DNA of 56,518 nucleotides from Verrucomicrobiota bacterium (GTDB lineage Bacteria; Verrucomicrobiota; Verrucomicrobiia; Limisphaerales; RI-55): NCBI GenBank assembly GCA_041689265.1, contig JBDNGP010000160.1, positions 1 to 56,518 of the forward strand, read 5' to 3'. Shown piece by piece: positions 47,684 to 56,518 of this stretch (position 1 is its first letter; each line of letters starts with the position of its first letter). The notes under the pieces were generated by a model. It saw only the letters and a program-made list of their open reading frames with translations, ran no database searches and was not told where the DNA came from. The position numbers and the translations under genes were made by a program.

Positions 47684-48316
47684 ATGCAAGAGCTGCTACA
47701 AGAATCAATCCGCCTGATCAACTTCCCGTTGACCTTGCTCATGGGGTTGGTCCTGCTCTACTGGGCGCTCGCGATGTTCGGTGCGATGGACATGCATTTC
47801 CTGGATTTTGCGCCCGACCTAGATCTGGATATCGACGTTGATATATCACCACCGCAGGGCGTCTTCGGACATTTTTCATCATTCCTGCATCTGGGCGAAG
47901 CGCCGGTGATGGTGATCCTGAGCATGTTGATTACGTTCATGTGGGGGGGCTCGATGGCGCTGAATCATTATTTCAACTCGGGCGATTCGGTTTTGCTCGG
48001 GCTCGTTTACTTGATTCCGAACTTTATTGTCAGCGTGACGTTGACGGGGATTGTCGCGATTCCGGTGAGCGCGTTCTTCAAAAAACTGAACGTTGAAGAG
48101 AAGATCAAGAAGGACGTCATCGGTGATATTTGCGAGGTGACCTCGCGGCAGGTGGATCACAGGTCCGGCCAGGCGGAAGTAACGATGCTGGGTGCTCCGG
48201 TGCTGTTCAATGCCCGCGCAGCCGATGAAAACGAAATTTTGACGAAGGGTCAAAAAGCGGTGGTCGTCCGCAAGAACGACGATGGAACGTACATAATCAA
48301 ATCGTTGGAGGAATAA
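47684..48316 (+). CDS. NfeD/YuaF-like membrane protein with C-terminal OB-fold
   Basis: Several TM helices then a soluble beta-rich C-terminus (VDHRSGQAEVTMLGAPVLFNARA...KGQKAVVVRKNDDGTYIIKSLE). Sits 6 nt upstream of flotillin, as yuaF does with floT. Confidence 0.65.
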   Translation: MQELLQESIRLINFPLTLLMGLVLLYWALAMFGAMDMHFLDFAPDLDLDIDVDISPPQGVFGHFSSFLHLGEAPVMVILSMLITFMWGGSMALNHYFNSGDSVLLGLVYLIPNFIVSVTLTGIVAIPVSAFFKKLNVEEKIKKDVIGDICEVTSRQVDHRSGQAEVTMLGAPVLFNARAADENEILTKGQKAVVVRKNDDGTYIIKSLEE

Positions 48317-48322
48317 ACTACT

Positions 48323-50383
48323 ATGATACTCGCACTCTCTTTTGGACAAGGAATGACATTCGCACTTGTCGCCATCGTCGTATTCATTGCCGTGGCAGCG
48401 TTCGCTATGGCGCTGATGTTGTACCGCAAGGTGGAGCAGGGCCAAGCGCTCGTGCGCAACGGCTATGGCGGCACCAAGGTCTCCTTCACCGGAACCATTG
48501 TCTGGCCGGTGATTCACATGGCCGAGATTATTGATATCTCGGTGAAACGAATTGAAATCTTTCGCCATGGCGAGGACGGCCTCGTTTGTAAGGACAACAT
48601 CCGCGCCGACATCAAGGTCGCCTACTTTGTCCGGGTGAACAGTACCGAAGTGGACGTATTGAAGGTGGCGCAATCGGTGGGTTGTGCGCGAGCTTCGGAA
48701 CAGGCGTCGTTGGTGGAACTGTTTGACGCGAAGTTTTCCGAGGCTCTGAAGACGGCCGGCAAGCAGTTCGACTTCTCAGATCTCTACACGTCGCGCGACC
48801 AGTTCAAGGAGGAGATCCTCAAGGTGATCGGCACCGATTTGAACGGGTTTGTGCTCGAAGACGCCGCCATCGATTACCTCGAACAGACGCCACTCAACAA
48901 ATTGGATGAGACCAACATTCTCGACGCGGAAGGTATCAAGAAGATCACTCAATTGACTGCCGTTCAAAAAATTCTGGCCAATCAGATTGAGCGCAACAAG
49001 GAAAAGACGATCACCAAGGAAAACGTCGAGGCGCAGGAGGCGATTCTCGAACTAAACCGTCAATTGGCCGAAAGCGAGGAGCGCCAGAAACGGGAGATTC
49101 TTTCGATCAAGGCGCGCGAGGAAGCGGAGTCGAAGAAGGTTCAGCAGGAGGAGCTTTTGCGCTCTGAAACTGCCCGGATCAACACCGCGCAGGAAGTCGG
49201 TATTCTTGAAGAGAACCGGCAACGCCAGATCATCGTCGCCGAGAAGAACAAGCAGCGCACCGAGGCGGTCGAGACCGAACGTGTCGAGAAGGATCGTTTG
49301 CTCGAAGTGACCGAGAAGGAACGCATTGTCACTCTCGCCCAGATCGAGAAGGAAAAGATTGTTGAGACCGAGAAGAAGAACATCCAGGACGTGATTCGTC
49401 AGCGCGTCGAGCTGGAGAAGACGGTCGTCGTCGAGCAGGAACGCATCAAGGACACCGAAGCCTTCGCCGGAGCGGACCGGGCCAAGCGAGTGGCTGTCAC
49501 CGCTGCCGAGCAGGACGCCGAAGAGCGACTGGTCAAGGACATCAAGGCTGCGGAAGCCGCCAAGAAAGCCGCCGAGCTCAAAGCTGACGAGAACAAATAC
49601 AAGGAAGTCACTGCGGCGAGTGCGGCCAAGGAAGCGAGCCTCATGAAGGCAGAGGAGATGTTGACGCTCGCGGACGCCGACGAGAAATCCGCCGCCAAGC
49701 ATGCCGCCGCGAAGAAGCTCGAAGCGGAAGCGATTACGGCGACGCAGGCCGCGCCGGGACTTGCCGAAGCAAATGTGATCGCCGCCAAAGCAGATGCGAT
49801 TGAGAAGCAGGGCACAGCCGAAGCGAATGTCCTTGAGTTGAAATTCACCGCCGAAGCGAAGGGGATCAACGAGAAGGCGGACGCGATGAAGAACTTCGAC
49901 GGCGTCGGTCGCGAGCACGAAGAGTTCAAGCTGCGCCTGAACAAGGACAAGGAAATCGAGCTGGCTGAGATCAATATCCGGAAAGACGTTGCCGCCTACC
50001 AGGCCGAGGTGCTGGGCAAGGCGTTGCAGTCCGCACGCATCGATATTGTCGGTGGCGAGAGCCAGTTCTTTGACAAGCTCGTGAACTCGATCACGACCGG
50101 CAAATCCGCCGATCGGATGATCGAGAACAGCAAGGTCTTGAGCGACGTGAAGGAAACGTTCTTCAACGGCAATCCGGAATACTTCCAGGCCCAGTTCCAG
50201 AAATGGATCAAGCAGTTCGGAATCACGAGCGACGACGTCCGCAACCTGAGCATCGCCGGCGTCCTCGGGAAGATGATCACTGCGGCGGAAGGGACGGAAA
50301 TCAAAAGCTCGATCGAACGCGCGTTGAAAGTTGCGGAAGACACCGGCCTGGCCGACAAGTCGGCAAAACCGTTCGTGAAGTAG
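48323..50383 (+). CDS. flotillin-like SPFH-domain protein (FloT/YuaG family), long form
   Basis: N-terminal TM hairpin. SPFH domain (ALVRNGYGGTKVSFTGTIVWPVIHMAEIIDISVKRIEI). Long EA/KE-rich flotillin coiled-coil region. Confidence 0.85.
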   Translation: MILALSFGQGMTFALVAIVVFIAVAAFAMALMLYRKVEQGQALVRNGYGGTKVSFTGTIVWPVIHMAEIIDISVKRIEIFRHGEDGLVCKDNIRADIKVAYFVRVNSTEVDVLKVAQSVGCARASEQASLVELFDAKFSEALKTAGKQFDFSDLYTSRDQFKEEILKVIGTDLNGFVLEDAAIDYLEQTPLNKLDETNILDAEGIKKITQLTAVQKILANQIERNKEKTITKENVEAQEAILELNRQLAESEERQKREILSIKAREEAESKKVQQEELLRSETARINTAQEVGILEENRQRQIIVAEKNKQRTEAVETERVEKDRLLEVTEKERIVTLAQIEKEKIVETEKKNIQDVIRQRVELEKTVVVEQERIKDTEAFAGADRAKRVAVTAAEQDAEERLVKDIKAAEAAKKAAELKADENKYKEVTAASAAKEASLMKAEEMLTLADADEKSAAKHAAAKKLEAEAITATQAAPGLAEANVIAAKADAIEKQGTAEANVLELKFTAEAKGINEKADAMKNFDGVGREHEEFKLRLNKDKEIELAEINIRKDVAAYQAEVLGKALQSARIDIVGGESQFFDKLVNSITTGKSADRMIENSKVLSDVKETFFNGNPEYFQAQFQKWIKQFGITSDDVRNLSIAGVLGKMITAAEGTEIKSSIERALKVAEDTGLADKSAKPFVK

Positions 50384-50440
50384 GGGCGGAGTATCGGTAG
50401 CGCGTTCGTTTCGCGATGATGGATTTCACAAACGCATCCG

Positions 50441-50560
50441 AGAGTGAGTGAAGGGCCAAAGGGCCGCCGGCCCGTTGTATATTCAGCCCGGGGCGCCCAA
50501 AGGAAGCCCCGGGTATCGAGCCGAAGAAAACGCAAGGCCTGAAGGGCCCGAACGCCCGAC
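50441..50560. repeat. GC-rich hairpin cluster upstream of the giant AAA gene (CCCGGGGC-gcccaaaggaa-GCCCCGGG ; GGGCCGCCGGCCC ; GGGCCCGAACGCCC)
   Basis: Read directly from the sequence. Shares the ATTCAGCCC and CCYGGGGCG...GCCCCRGG motifs with the downstream element. Confidence 0.6.
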
Positions 50561-50596
50561 TACGGACCACAATTCTGTCACCGATGAACCATCAAA

Positions 50597-53500
50597 ATGA
50601 CTGACCAATCACAACCGATTGACGCCTCGCCCGAACCGGTTGTTCCCGGCTCCGCGCCCGTGCTGGATTCCGGGACGTACGAAATCATTCAGAAACGTCT
50701 GGAAGAACACGCGGGCGAACTACGGGACCGGCTCCAAAAACTGGACGGCGTCCGCAAGGAAGTGTTCGGCTCGATCGAAACCGTCCTGCTCCATGCCGAC
50801 CGGATCACCACCGAACACAATTGCGTGCCGCGCGACATGGTGCCGGTCGGCAAGGATTCGTTCCTGTTCGGCTACAACGTCCACTTCGGACTCAAGACGA
50901 CGATCCGGCTGTCCGACGTGTTCGCCGTTTATCACTACGATAACCAACAGTTTCAACAGTCCGGTCTCGACCTGATCAACCACGCGCAGTTCGAACAGGA
51001 TTTCCAGAGCCTTTACAAATATTACAAGAACACGGTCTTCGTGAAGTTCTCTTACATCGGGCCGTTTCTGTTCATGGTCTTTCGCGTGGGTAAGGAAGTG
51101 TCCGACGTGAAGACGTTCAAATGGGCGGTCGACGGCGAGCGTCTTGTTTACGTCGATAACCGGAGCGATCACGAATTCAAATATCCCCCTCAATATCAGT
51201 TCGACTGGAAACGGACGCATCGCGAGTTGCACCGGTCGGGATTGCATCCGCATATATCCATCGCTGACCGGGTTTTCGTGGAATGCGTCGGCGGCGATCT
51301 GACGATCAAGATCGAAGATAATACCGAAACGGGCGAGGGGATCTACTCGGAGGAGGTCCAGTTCAAGGACCAGACGCTCGATGACGCGGAGATCTTTTTC
51401 GCGATCTGCGGGAATCTGATTCTGCTGAAGATCCGTCCGTTTCAGGAAAAGCAATTCCGCTATTTTGTTTTCAACGACAAGATCAAGAAAATGGCGCGCG
51501 TAGACGGAATCGCGGAAGCCTGTGTCCTGCTTCCCGAGGATCAGGGGATCATTTTCTCGAACGGTTATTATCTGCAAACCGGGGTGCTGAAACTCTTCGA
51601 ATCCGAGCGGACGGACATGATGTTCGAGCGGCTCGTGCGGTCGAACCACGGTGAGGATTTTCTCTACGTTTTCTACAACCGGCTGGCGGGCGACTACGTG
51701 TTGATGTCGTATAACCTGATCGCCCAGGCGGTTGAGAATCCCATCTGGTGCAACGGATTTTCGCTGTTCGAAAACGGTCACCTGATCTATTTCAAACACC
51801 AGGGCGAGCCGCAGAAGCATCACACGTTGCAGGTCTGGCAGACGCCATTTGTCGTCACCGGTCTGGAGCAGGTGGAACGCAAGGATTCATTCCTCTACAA
51901 GATTGGCAACCGCGACGTGGTGCGTTGCATGGCCGGGTGTCACGACATTCTGAATCTGCTGGGCAAGGACGAGAGTTACGTCGGTCTTTACGTGGACATC
52001 GTGAAACTGGCCTCGGACATCGCGGATGCGTATTTCTGGGTCGAAGAGGCGGAGGTCTTCAATCTGAAAGAACTTCTCAACCGCATTCATGACACGGCGG
52101 GTAAGGCGATTGACGAGCATCAAAAAGTCGTTCGTATCCGGCGGGAAACGGGCGCCGAACTTAATCGTGTCAGCGGCCGTGGGCGCGAATTGTTCTCCGC
52201 GTTGCAACGGGAGGAGTTCAAGACGGTTGACCAGTTTGTGAATCGTCTGGCGGAGCTCCGGCAGTTGCGCGGTGAAAGTATTTCTCTCAAAGAACTCCGT
52301 TACATCGACCTGGCCAAAGTGGCGGCTTTGGAGGAGACCATCACCACGCAGAACGGAGAACTCTCGCAGGCCTGCGTCGGGTTTCTGCTCAAACCGGAGG
52401 CGCTTGAACCCTATCGTCTGAGGGTCGAAGAACAACGGACTGAGATCGATAAGCTGGAGAAGGTGACCGTCGGCCGTGGGCTTCAAGAGGCGGTCAAACA
52501 GACCGGTGTCGACCTTGAGCTGCTCATTGAAATCACGACCAATCTGAAGATCGACGATCCCACCGAGACCACTCGGATCATTGACAGCATCACGGTCATT
52601 TACACCGGCCTGAACCAGGTCAAGGGCGCCCTGAAGAACAAGATCCGCAGCCTGGGGCAGGTCGAAAGCGCGGCGCAGTTCGGGGCCGAGCTCAAACTCC
52701 TCAGCCAGTCGGTCATCAACTATCTCGACATCTGTGACACGCCCGCGAAGTGCGAGGAATACCTGAACAAGGTGATGGTTCAGATCGAGGAACTGGAGGG
52801 GCGCTTTGCGGATTTCGAGGATTACGTGGTGCAGTTGGCCGACAAGCGCACAGAGATTTACGAGGCGTTTGAAGCGCGCAAACTGGCGTTGACCGAGTCG
52901 CGAAACCGCAAGGCGACAGCGTTGATGTCATCGGCGGACCGGATTCTGAAAGTGATCCGCAACCGGATCGAGGGAATGAAATCGATCAACGACATCAACG
53001 GCTACATGGCGGCCGATTTGATGATCGAGAAAATCCGGTCGATCATTGAGCAGCTGACCGAACTGGACGACCCCGTCAAGACGGACGATTTGCAGAGCCG
53101 GTTGAAGAGCATTCAACAGGACGGCGTGCGCCAGCTGAAGGACAGGCTGGAGCTGTTCGCGGACGGCGAAAACATCATCCAGCTCGGCCAGCACAAGTTC
53201 CTCGTCAACACGCAGCCGCTTGATCTCACGATCATCCATCGCGACGACGAGATGCACCTGCATCTCACCGGCACTCGGTTTTTTGATCCGATCAAGGACG
53301 AGACGTTTCTCCAGACACGTCCGGTCTGGAAACAGGAAATCATTTCCGAGAACGAAACGGTTTACCGGGCCGAGTACCTCACGTATTTGATGCTTCAGGA
53401 ACTGGCCGGAAACGGATCGGAACAACTGGCTACGTTTCTTAGATCGAGTCAGGAGGAGCAGCTTGAAACGGTGCGGGCGTTCATGATGCCCCGTTACAGC

Positions 53501-55951
53501 GAGAGCTACACGAAGGGCATTCACGACGAGGACGCGGCGGCGATTTTGCGGCAGCTCGGAGCGATGCATCTTGCGCTCGGACTCGCCCGGTATCAGCCCT
53601 CGACGCGTGCGTGTGCGATGGTTTACTGGTCGAAGTTTTGCCCGGAAGAAACCAGGCAACTGTGGGAATCAAAGTTGAAAGGGCTCGGTGCGCGGAATCG
53701 CTTTTTTTCGGCGCGTGCGATCAACCCCGTGTTCATCGAACAGCTGAAGCGATTGATCAGCGCGTTCTGCGTTGAGACCGGCCTTTATCCGGAGGCGTTG
53801 TCCGGGGAGGCAGCTGAGTATCTGGTTCACCAGGTAAGCCAGTCGGACGGATTCACGATCAGTCAGGAGGCGGCGGCGTTGATGGGGGCGTTTCAGGAAC
53901 ACCTTCTCGAACGCCACGCGCAAAACGATTTCGATTCGTCGCGCAAATCGGTCGATGAACATCCCGCCAGCGAACTTGAACTGGTCCGCGACTGGTTGCG
54001 TGGATTTGTTTCGGACGGCGCGCACGCGGCGTCCGTCGACTGTATTGAAGAGGTCGCGGCGCTGATCTTGTGCGACCGGTTTGATCCGAGATTTTTGGTG
54101 GACGAAGCGACGTCGGCCCTGATCAAGGGGTTGCGCGGCAGTCACGGACTGATTCAGGACGGCGCGTTATCTTTGGACTATCTGCAGTTCATGAAACGCC
54201 AGCGCGAGTTCTCACAGGTGACCGTGCCCCGTTTCACCCAGTTTCAAACGTCGAAAAAGAATGTGATTCATCACGCCCGCGAGGAACTGCGTCTGGATGA
54301 ATTTAAACCTCGCGTGCTCACGTCGTTCGTCCGCAACCGGCTGATCGATACCGTTTATTTACCGATGATCGGCGACAATCTGGCGAAACAGATTGGTGCC
54401 GCCGGTGAGAAGAAACGAACCGACCTGATGGGCCTGCTCCTGCTGGTTTCACCGCCCGGCTACGGCAAGACGACGTTGATGGAATACATCGCCAACCGGC
54501 TCGGCGTGGTCTTCATGAAGATCAACGGCCCGGCATTGGGCCACGGCGTGACGTCGCTTGATCCTGCCGAAGCAAAGAACGCGGCCGCACGCGAGGAGAT
54601 CAAGAAGTTGAATCTGGCGTTTGAGATGGGCGACAATGTGATGATCTATCTCGACGACATCCAGCACTGCAATCCCGAGCTGTTGCAGAAGTTTATTTCA
54701 TTGTGCGACGCGCAGCGAAAAATTGAAGGTGTGTTCCGCGGGAAATCGCAGACCTATGATTTACGCGGGCGAAAAGTGATCGTTGTGATGGCGGGCAATC
54801 CTTACACGGAGAGCGGTGAAAAATTCAAGATTCCGGACATGCTGGCCAATCGCGCGGACACCTACAATTTGGGCGAGATTCTTGGCGGACACGAGGAGGC
54901 GTTCAAGATGAGCCACTTGGAAAACGCGGTGACGTCGAATCCGGTGCTTCAACAACTTGCCAGCAAGAGCCAGAAAGACATCCAAAGGTTCATCCGGATT
55001 GCGGAGAAGGGTTCGCGTGATTCAATCGATTTTGAAGCAACTTACGCGGCCGAGGAGGTCGGCGAAATTGTGAACGTGTTAAAAAAACTGTTGCACATCC
55101 GCGACGCCGTGTTGCGGGTCAACCAGCAGTATATTGCGTCAGCCGCGCAATCGGATGATTACCGGACTGAACCGTCGTTCAAACTTCAGGGTTCGTATCG
55201 GAACATGAATCGCATGGCGGAAAAAGTTCTGCCGATCATGAACGACGACGAGGTGAAGGCCCTTGTCATGGATCACTACCAAAACGAGTCCCAGACGTTG
55301 ACGACCGGGGCCGAAGCCAACTTGCTGAAATTCAAGGAACTGCTGGGACTGCAAACGGCCGAGGAAGCGGCGCGTTGGGCCGACATCAAGAAAACCTACA
55401 AGCGCCGCCAACTGATGGGCAACGCCGATGAGAGCGATCCAGTCAGCCGGGTGGTGGCACAATTGTCGATGTTTGGCGAGGGCTTGGGAGATATTCGGGA
55501 GACACTCTCGAAGGCGGTCGAGTCTCGACAGGCCCCGACGATTTCACTGCCGGAAATGAAACCCAACATCAACGTCGACCTCCAGCCACTCGCACAGCAG
55601 GTCTCCTATTTCGCGCACGGCTTGGAAGCGATCAAAGAATTGCTCGCCGACATGAAGTCACGACCTGTGGCCAGCGGAGAGGGAATGGGAACGCCGCAGG
55701 CAAAAGTGATCACGGATCGCATTGATGCGGTAAATTCTGATCTGGATGAGATTCGCGAGCTGATCAAAACCTATCGGCAGGAAGAGAAGGTTTCCCGTGA
55801 GGTTTCTGAAAAAGAGATTGAAACCCGTGCCCTCGATTTCAGCAGTATCTCCGTCACGCAAAGCACTTTGAAACAGATTTACGACCTGATCGACAAGGAC
55901 GAGAAAGCGAATCAGAAGAAGGGCGTGAAGTTACCGAAGAGAAAGGAATAG
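50597..55951 (+). CDS. giant (1784 aa) cytoplasmic protein of unknown N-terminal architecture with C-terminal MoxR/AAA_5-like ATPase domain
   Basis: No signal peptide or TM. The N-terminal ~1300 aa has no family I recognise (mixed beta-rich and helical). C-terminal Walker A LLLLVSPPGYGKTTL, Walker B IYLDDIQHCNPELLQ and sensor-1 VVMAGNPY, in the spacing typical of MoxR/AAA_5 ATPases. Confidence 0.75.
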   Translation: MTDQSQPIDASPEPVVPGSAPVLDSGTYEIIQKRLEEHAGELRDRLQKLDGVRKEVFGSIETVLLHADRITTEHNCVPRDMVPVGKDSFLFGYNVHFGLKTTIRLSDVFAVYHYDNQQFQQSGLDLINHAQFEQDFQSLYKYYKNTVFVKFSYIGPFLFMVFRVGKEVSDVKTFKWAVDGERLVYVDNRSDHEFKYPPQYQFDWKRTHRELHRSGLHPHISIADRVFVECVGGDLTIKIEDNTETGEGIYSEEVQFKDQTLDDAEIFFAICGNLILLKIRPFQEKQFRYFVFNDKIKKMARVDGIAEACVLLPEDQGIIFSNGYYLQTGVLKLFESERTDMMFERLVRSNHGEDFLYVFYNRLAGDYVLMSYNLIAQAVENPIWCNGFSLFENGHLIYFKHQGEPQKHHTLQVWQTPFVVTGLEQVERKDSFLYKIGNRDVVRCMAGCHDILNLLGKDESYVGLYVDIVKLASDIADAYFWVEEAEVFNLKELLNRIHDTAGKAIDEHQKVVRIRRETGAELNRVSGRGRELFSALQREEFKTVDQFVNRLAELRQLRGESISLKELRYIDLAKVAALEETITTQNGELSQACVGFLLKPEALEPYRLRVEEQRTEIDKLEKVTVGRGLQEAVKQTGVDLELLIEITTNLKIDDPTETTRIIDSITVIYTGLNQVKGALKNKIRSLGQVESAAQFGAELKLLSQSVINYLDICDTPAKCEEYLNKVMVQIEELEGRFADFEDYVVQLADKRTEIYEAFEARKLALTESRNRKATALMSSADRILKVIRNRIEGMKSINDINGYMAADLMIEKIRSIIEQLTELDDPVKTDDLQSRLKSIQQDGVRQLKDRLELFADGENIIQLGQHKFLVNTQPLDLTIIHRDDEMHLHLTGTRFFDPIKDETFLQTRPVWKQEIISENETVYRAEYLTYLMLQELAGNGSEQLATFLRSSQEEQLETVRAFMMPRYSESYTKGIHDEDAAAILRQLGAMHLALGLARYQPSTRACAMVYWSKFCPEETRQLWESKLKGLGARNRFFSARAINPVFIEQLKRLISAFCVETGLYPEALSGEAAEYLVHQVSQSDGFTISQEAAALMGAFQEHLLERHAQNDFDSSRKSVDEHPASELELVRDWLRGFVSDGAHAASVDCIEEVAALILCDRFDPRFLVDEATSALIKGLRGSHGLIQDGALSLDYLQFMKRQREFSQVTVPRFTQFQTSKKNVIHHAREELRLDEFKPRVLTSFVRNRLIDTVYLPMIGDNLAKQIGAAGEKKRTDLMGLLLLVSPPGYGKTTLMEYIANRLGVVFMKINGPALGHGVTSLDPAEAKNAAAREEIKKLNLAFEMGDNVMIYLDDIQHCNPELLQKFISLCDAQRKIEGVFRGKSQTYDLRGRKVIVVMAGNPYTESGEKFKIPDMLANRADTYNLGEILGGHEEAFKMSHLENAVTSNPVLQQLASKSQKDIQRFIRIAEKGSRDSIDFEATYAAEEVGEIVNVLKKLLHIRDAVLRVNQQYIASAAQSDDYRTEPSFKLQGSYRNMNRMAEKVLPIMNDDEVKALVMDHYQNESQTLTTGAEANLLKFKELLGLQTAEEAARWADIKKTYKRRQLMGNADESDPVSRVVAQLSMFGEGLGDIRETLSKAVESRQAPTISLPEMKPNINVDLQPLAQQVSYFAHGLEAIKELLADMKSRPVASGEGMGTPQAKVITDRIDAVNSDLDEIRELIKTYRQEEKVSREVSEKEIETRALDFSSISVTQSTLKQIYDLIDKDEKANQKKGVKLPKRKE

Positions 55952-56030
55952 GCTGATGAATGCCAAAGTGTTTTCTATCGTGTGTTCGCTGCTGCGTTTC
56001 GCTGTGCGCCAACGGCGCAACCCATGCCAG

Positions 56031-56172
56031 CCTGGGGCAACGCCCCAGGAACACGGAGCCCATAGAATCAAGGGCTGAAAGCCCGGCCCAAACGACCACG
56101 GCAGCGCGGAGTTGGTGCGGGCATTCAGCCCTCTTTCTTGTTTGGGATGTCCACCTGGGGCGTTGCCCCAGG
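56031..56172. repeat. nested inverted-repeat element immediately downstream of the giant AAA gene (outer 19-nt IR CCTGGGGCAACGCCCCAGG / CCTGGGGCGTTGCCCCAGG; inner 14-nt IR GGGCTGAAAGCCCG / CGGGCATTCAGCCC)
   Basis: Read directly from the sequence. The two arms are about 105 nt apart. Could fold as a long cruciform or RNA hairpin. Confidence 0.8.
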
Positions 56173-56490
56173 CTGGTATGGGTGCGGGCCTTTGGCTCTC
56201 CTGAGCTTTGCGCCTTCGCGTGAGTCGTTCATACGCGGCCTTCTTGTTTGATGACGGCGAGGAGTTCGGGGCTGGCGGCGGTGAGGCGCAGGAGGCGGTT
56301 GCGGATGGGGTGGCTGGGGCGTTGAGGGTCTGGTGAAGGTGGGTGAGGAAGTCGCGCTGCTTCGCCTCGCTGGAATCTGAAGTGTACTGAGTTTCTTGGA
56401 GTTGAGATTCTCTTGTTTTATTGTTGTTGGTTTATCAGGTTTTTAGTTTTGGGTAAAGGCGGCTTTGTCGCCGTCTTTGCCTTCTTCCCC

Positions 56491-56512
56491 AACCGCCCCC
56501 GCGGGGGCGGTT
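56491..56512. repeat. 22-nt perfect GC palindrome AACCGCCCCCGCGGGGGCGGTT at window edge
   Basis: Read directly from the sequence. Preceded by an unusually AT-rich ~120-nt stretch (56340..56460). Confidence 0.7.
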
Positions 56513-56518
56513 CGGGAA

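Noticed and set aside
49052-49974. Minus-strand ORFs inside the flotillin coiled-coil region
   Set aside because: The repetitive GAA/GCC-rich coding of the flotillin EA-repeat region generates long antisense frames.
55960-56223. 87-aa plus-strand ORF downstream of the giant AAA gene
   Set aside because: Spans the nested inverted-repeat element, and its translation mirrors itself. Most likely non-coding.

Overview
This is a high-GC (roughly 60%) bacterial chromosomal segment with the gene content of a Verrucomicrobia / PVC-superphylum organism. Supporting hallmarks are a PEP-CTERM protein, a protein built from autotransporter-associated beta-strand repeats, a PVC-type CxxCH heme-binding giant protein, a BatA-type double-TM N-terminal vWA protein and a Cys-type sulfatase. 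Housekeeping and metabolic genes present are glcD and glcF (glycolate / D-lactate oxidase subunits), a SMUG-like uracil-DNA glycosylase, a YdeP-like molybdopterin oxidoreductase, an SDR, a sugar-phosphate isomerase, galM, mtnP, larB and larC, and an acyl-CoA desaturase. I found no transposase, integrase, tRNA or CRISPR array. Several features stand out: (i) a tightly coupled nfeD-flotillin pair followed by a 1784-aa protein of unknown N-terminal architecture with a C-terminal MoxR/AAA_5-like ATPase domain, bracketed by GC-rich nested inverted repeats; (ii) a minus-strand cluster of hybrid beta-propeller sensor kinase, LuxR-type regulator, membrane protein, Calx-beta protein and a 1534-aa secreted multidomain giant; (iii) a translationally coupled trio of orphan ABC permease, NHL lipoprotein and BatA-vWA giant; (iv) an intact PEP-CTERM gene with an inverted, frameshifted copy of its own C-terminal sorting region 0.8 kb away; (v) a TAXI-family receptor pseudogene carrying an in-frame TAA plus a frameshift in a T5 run; (vi) a dispersed ~40-90 nt repeat family (three copies) and a 24-bp perfect-stem hairpin in a divergent intergenic region. 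All protein-family calls come from reading the translated ORFs. No database search was run.
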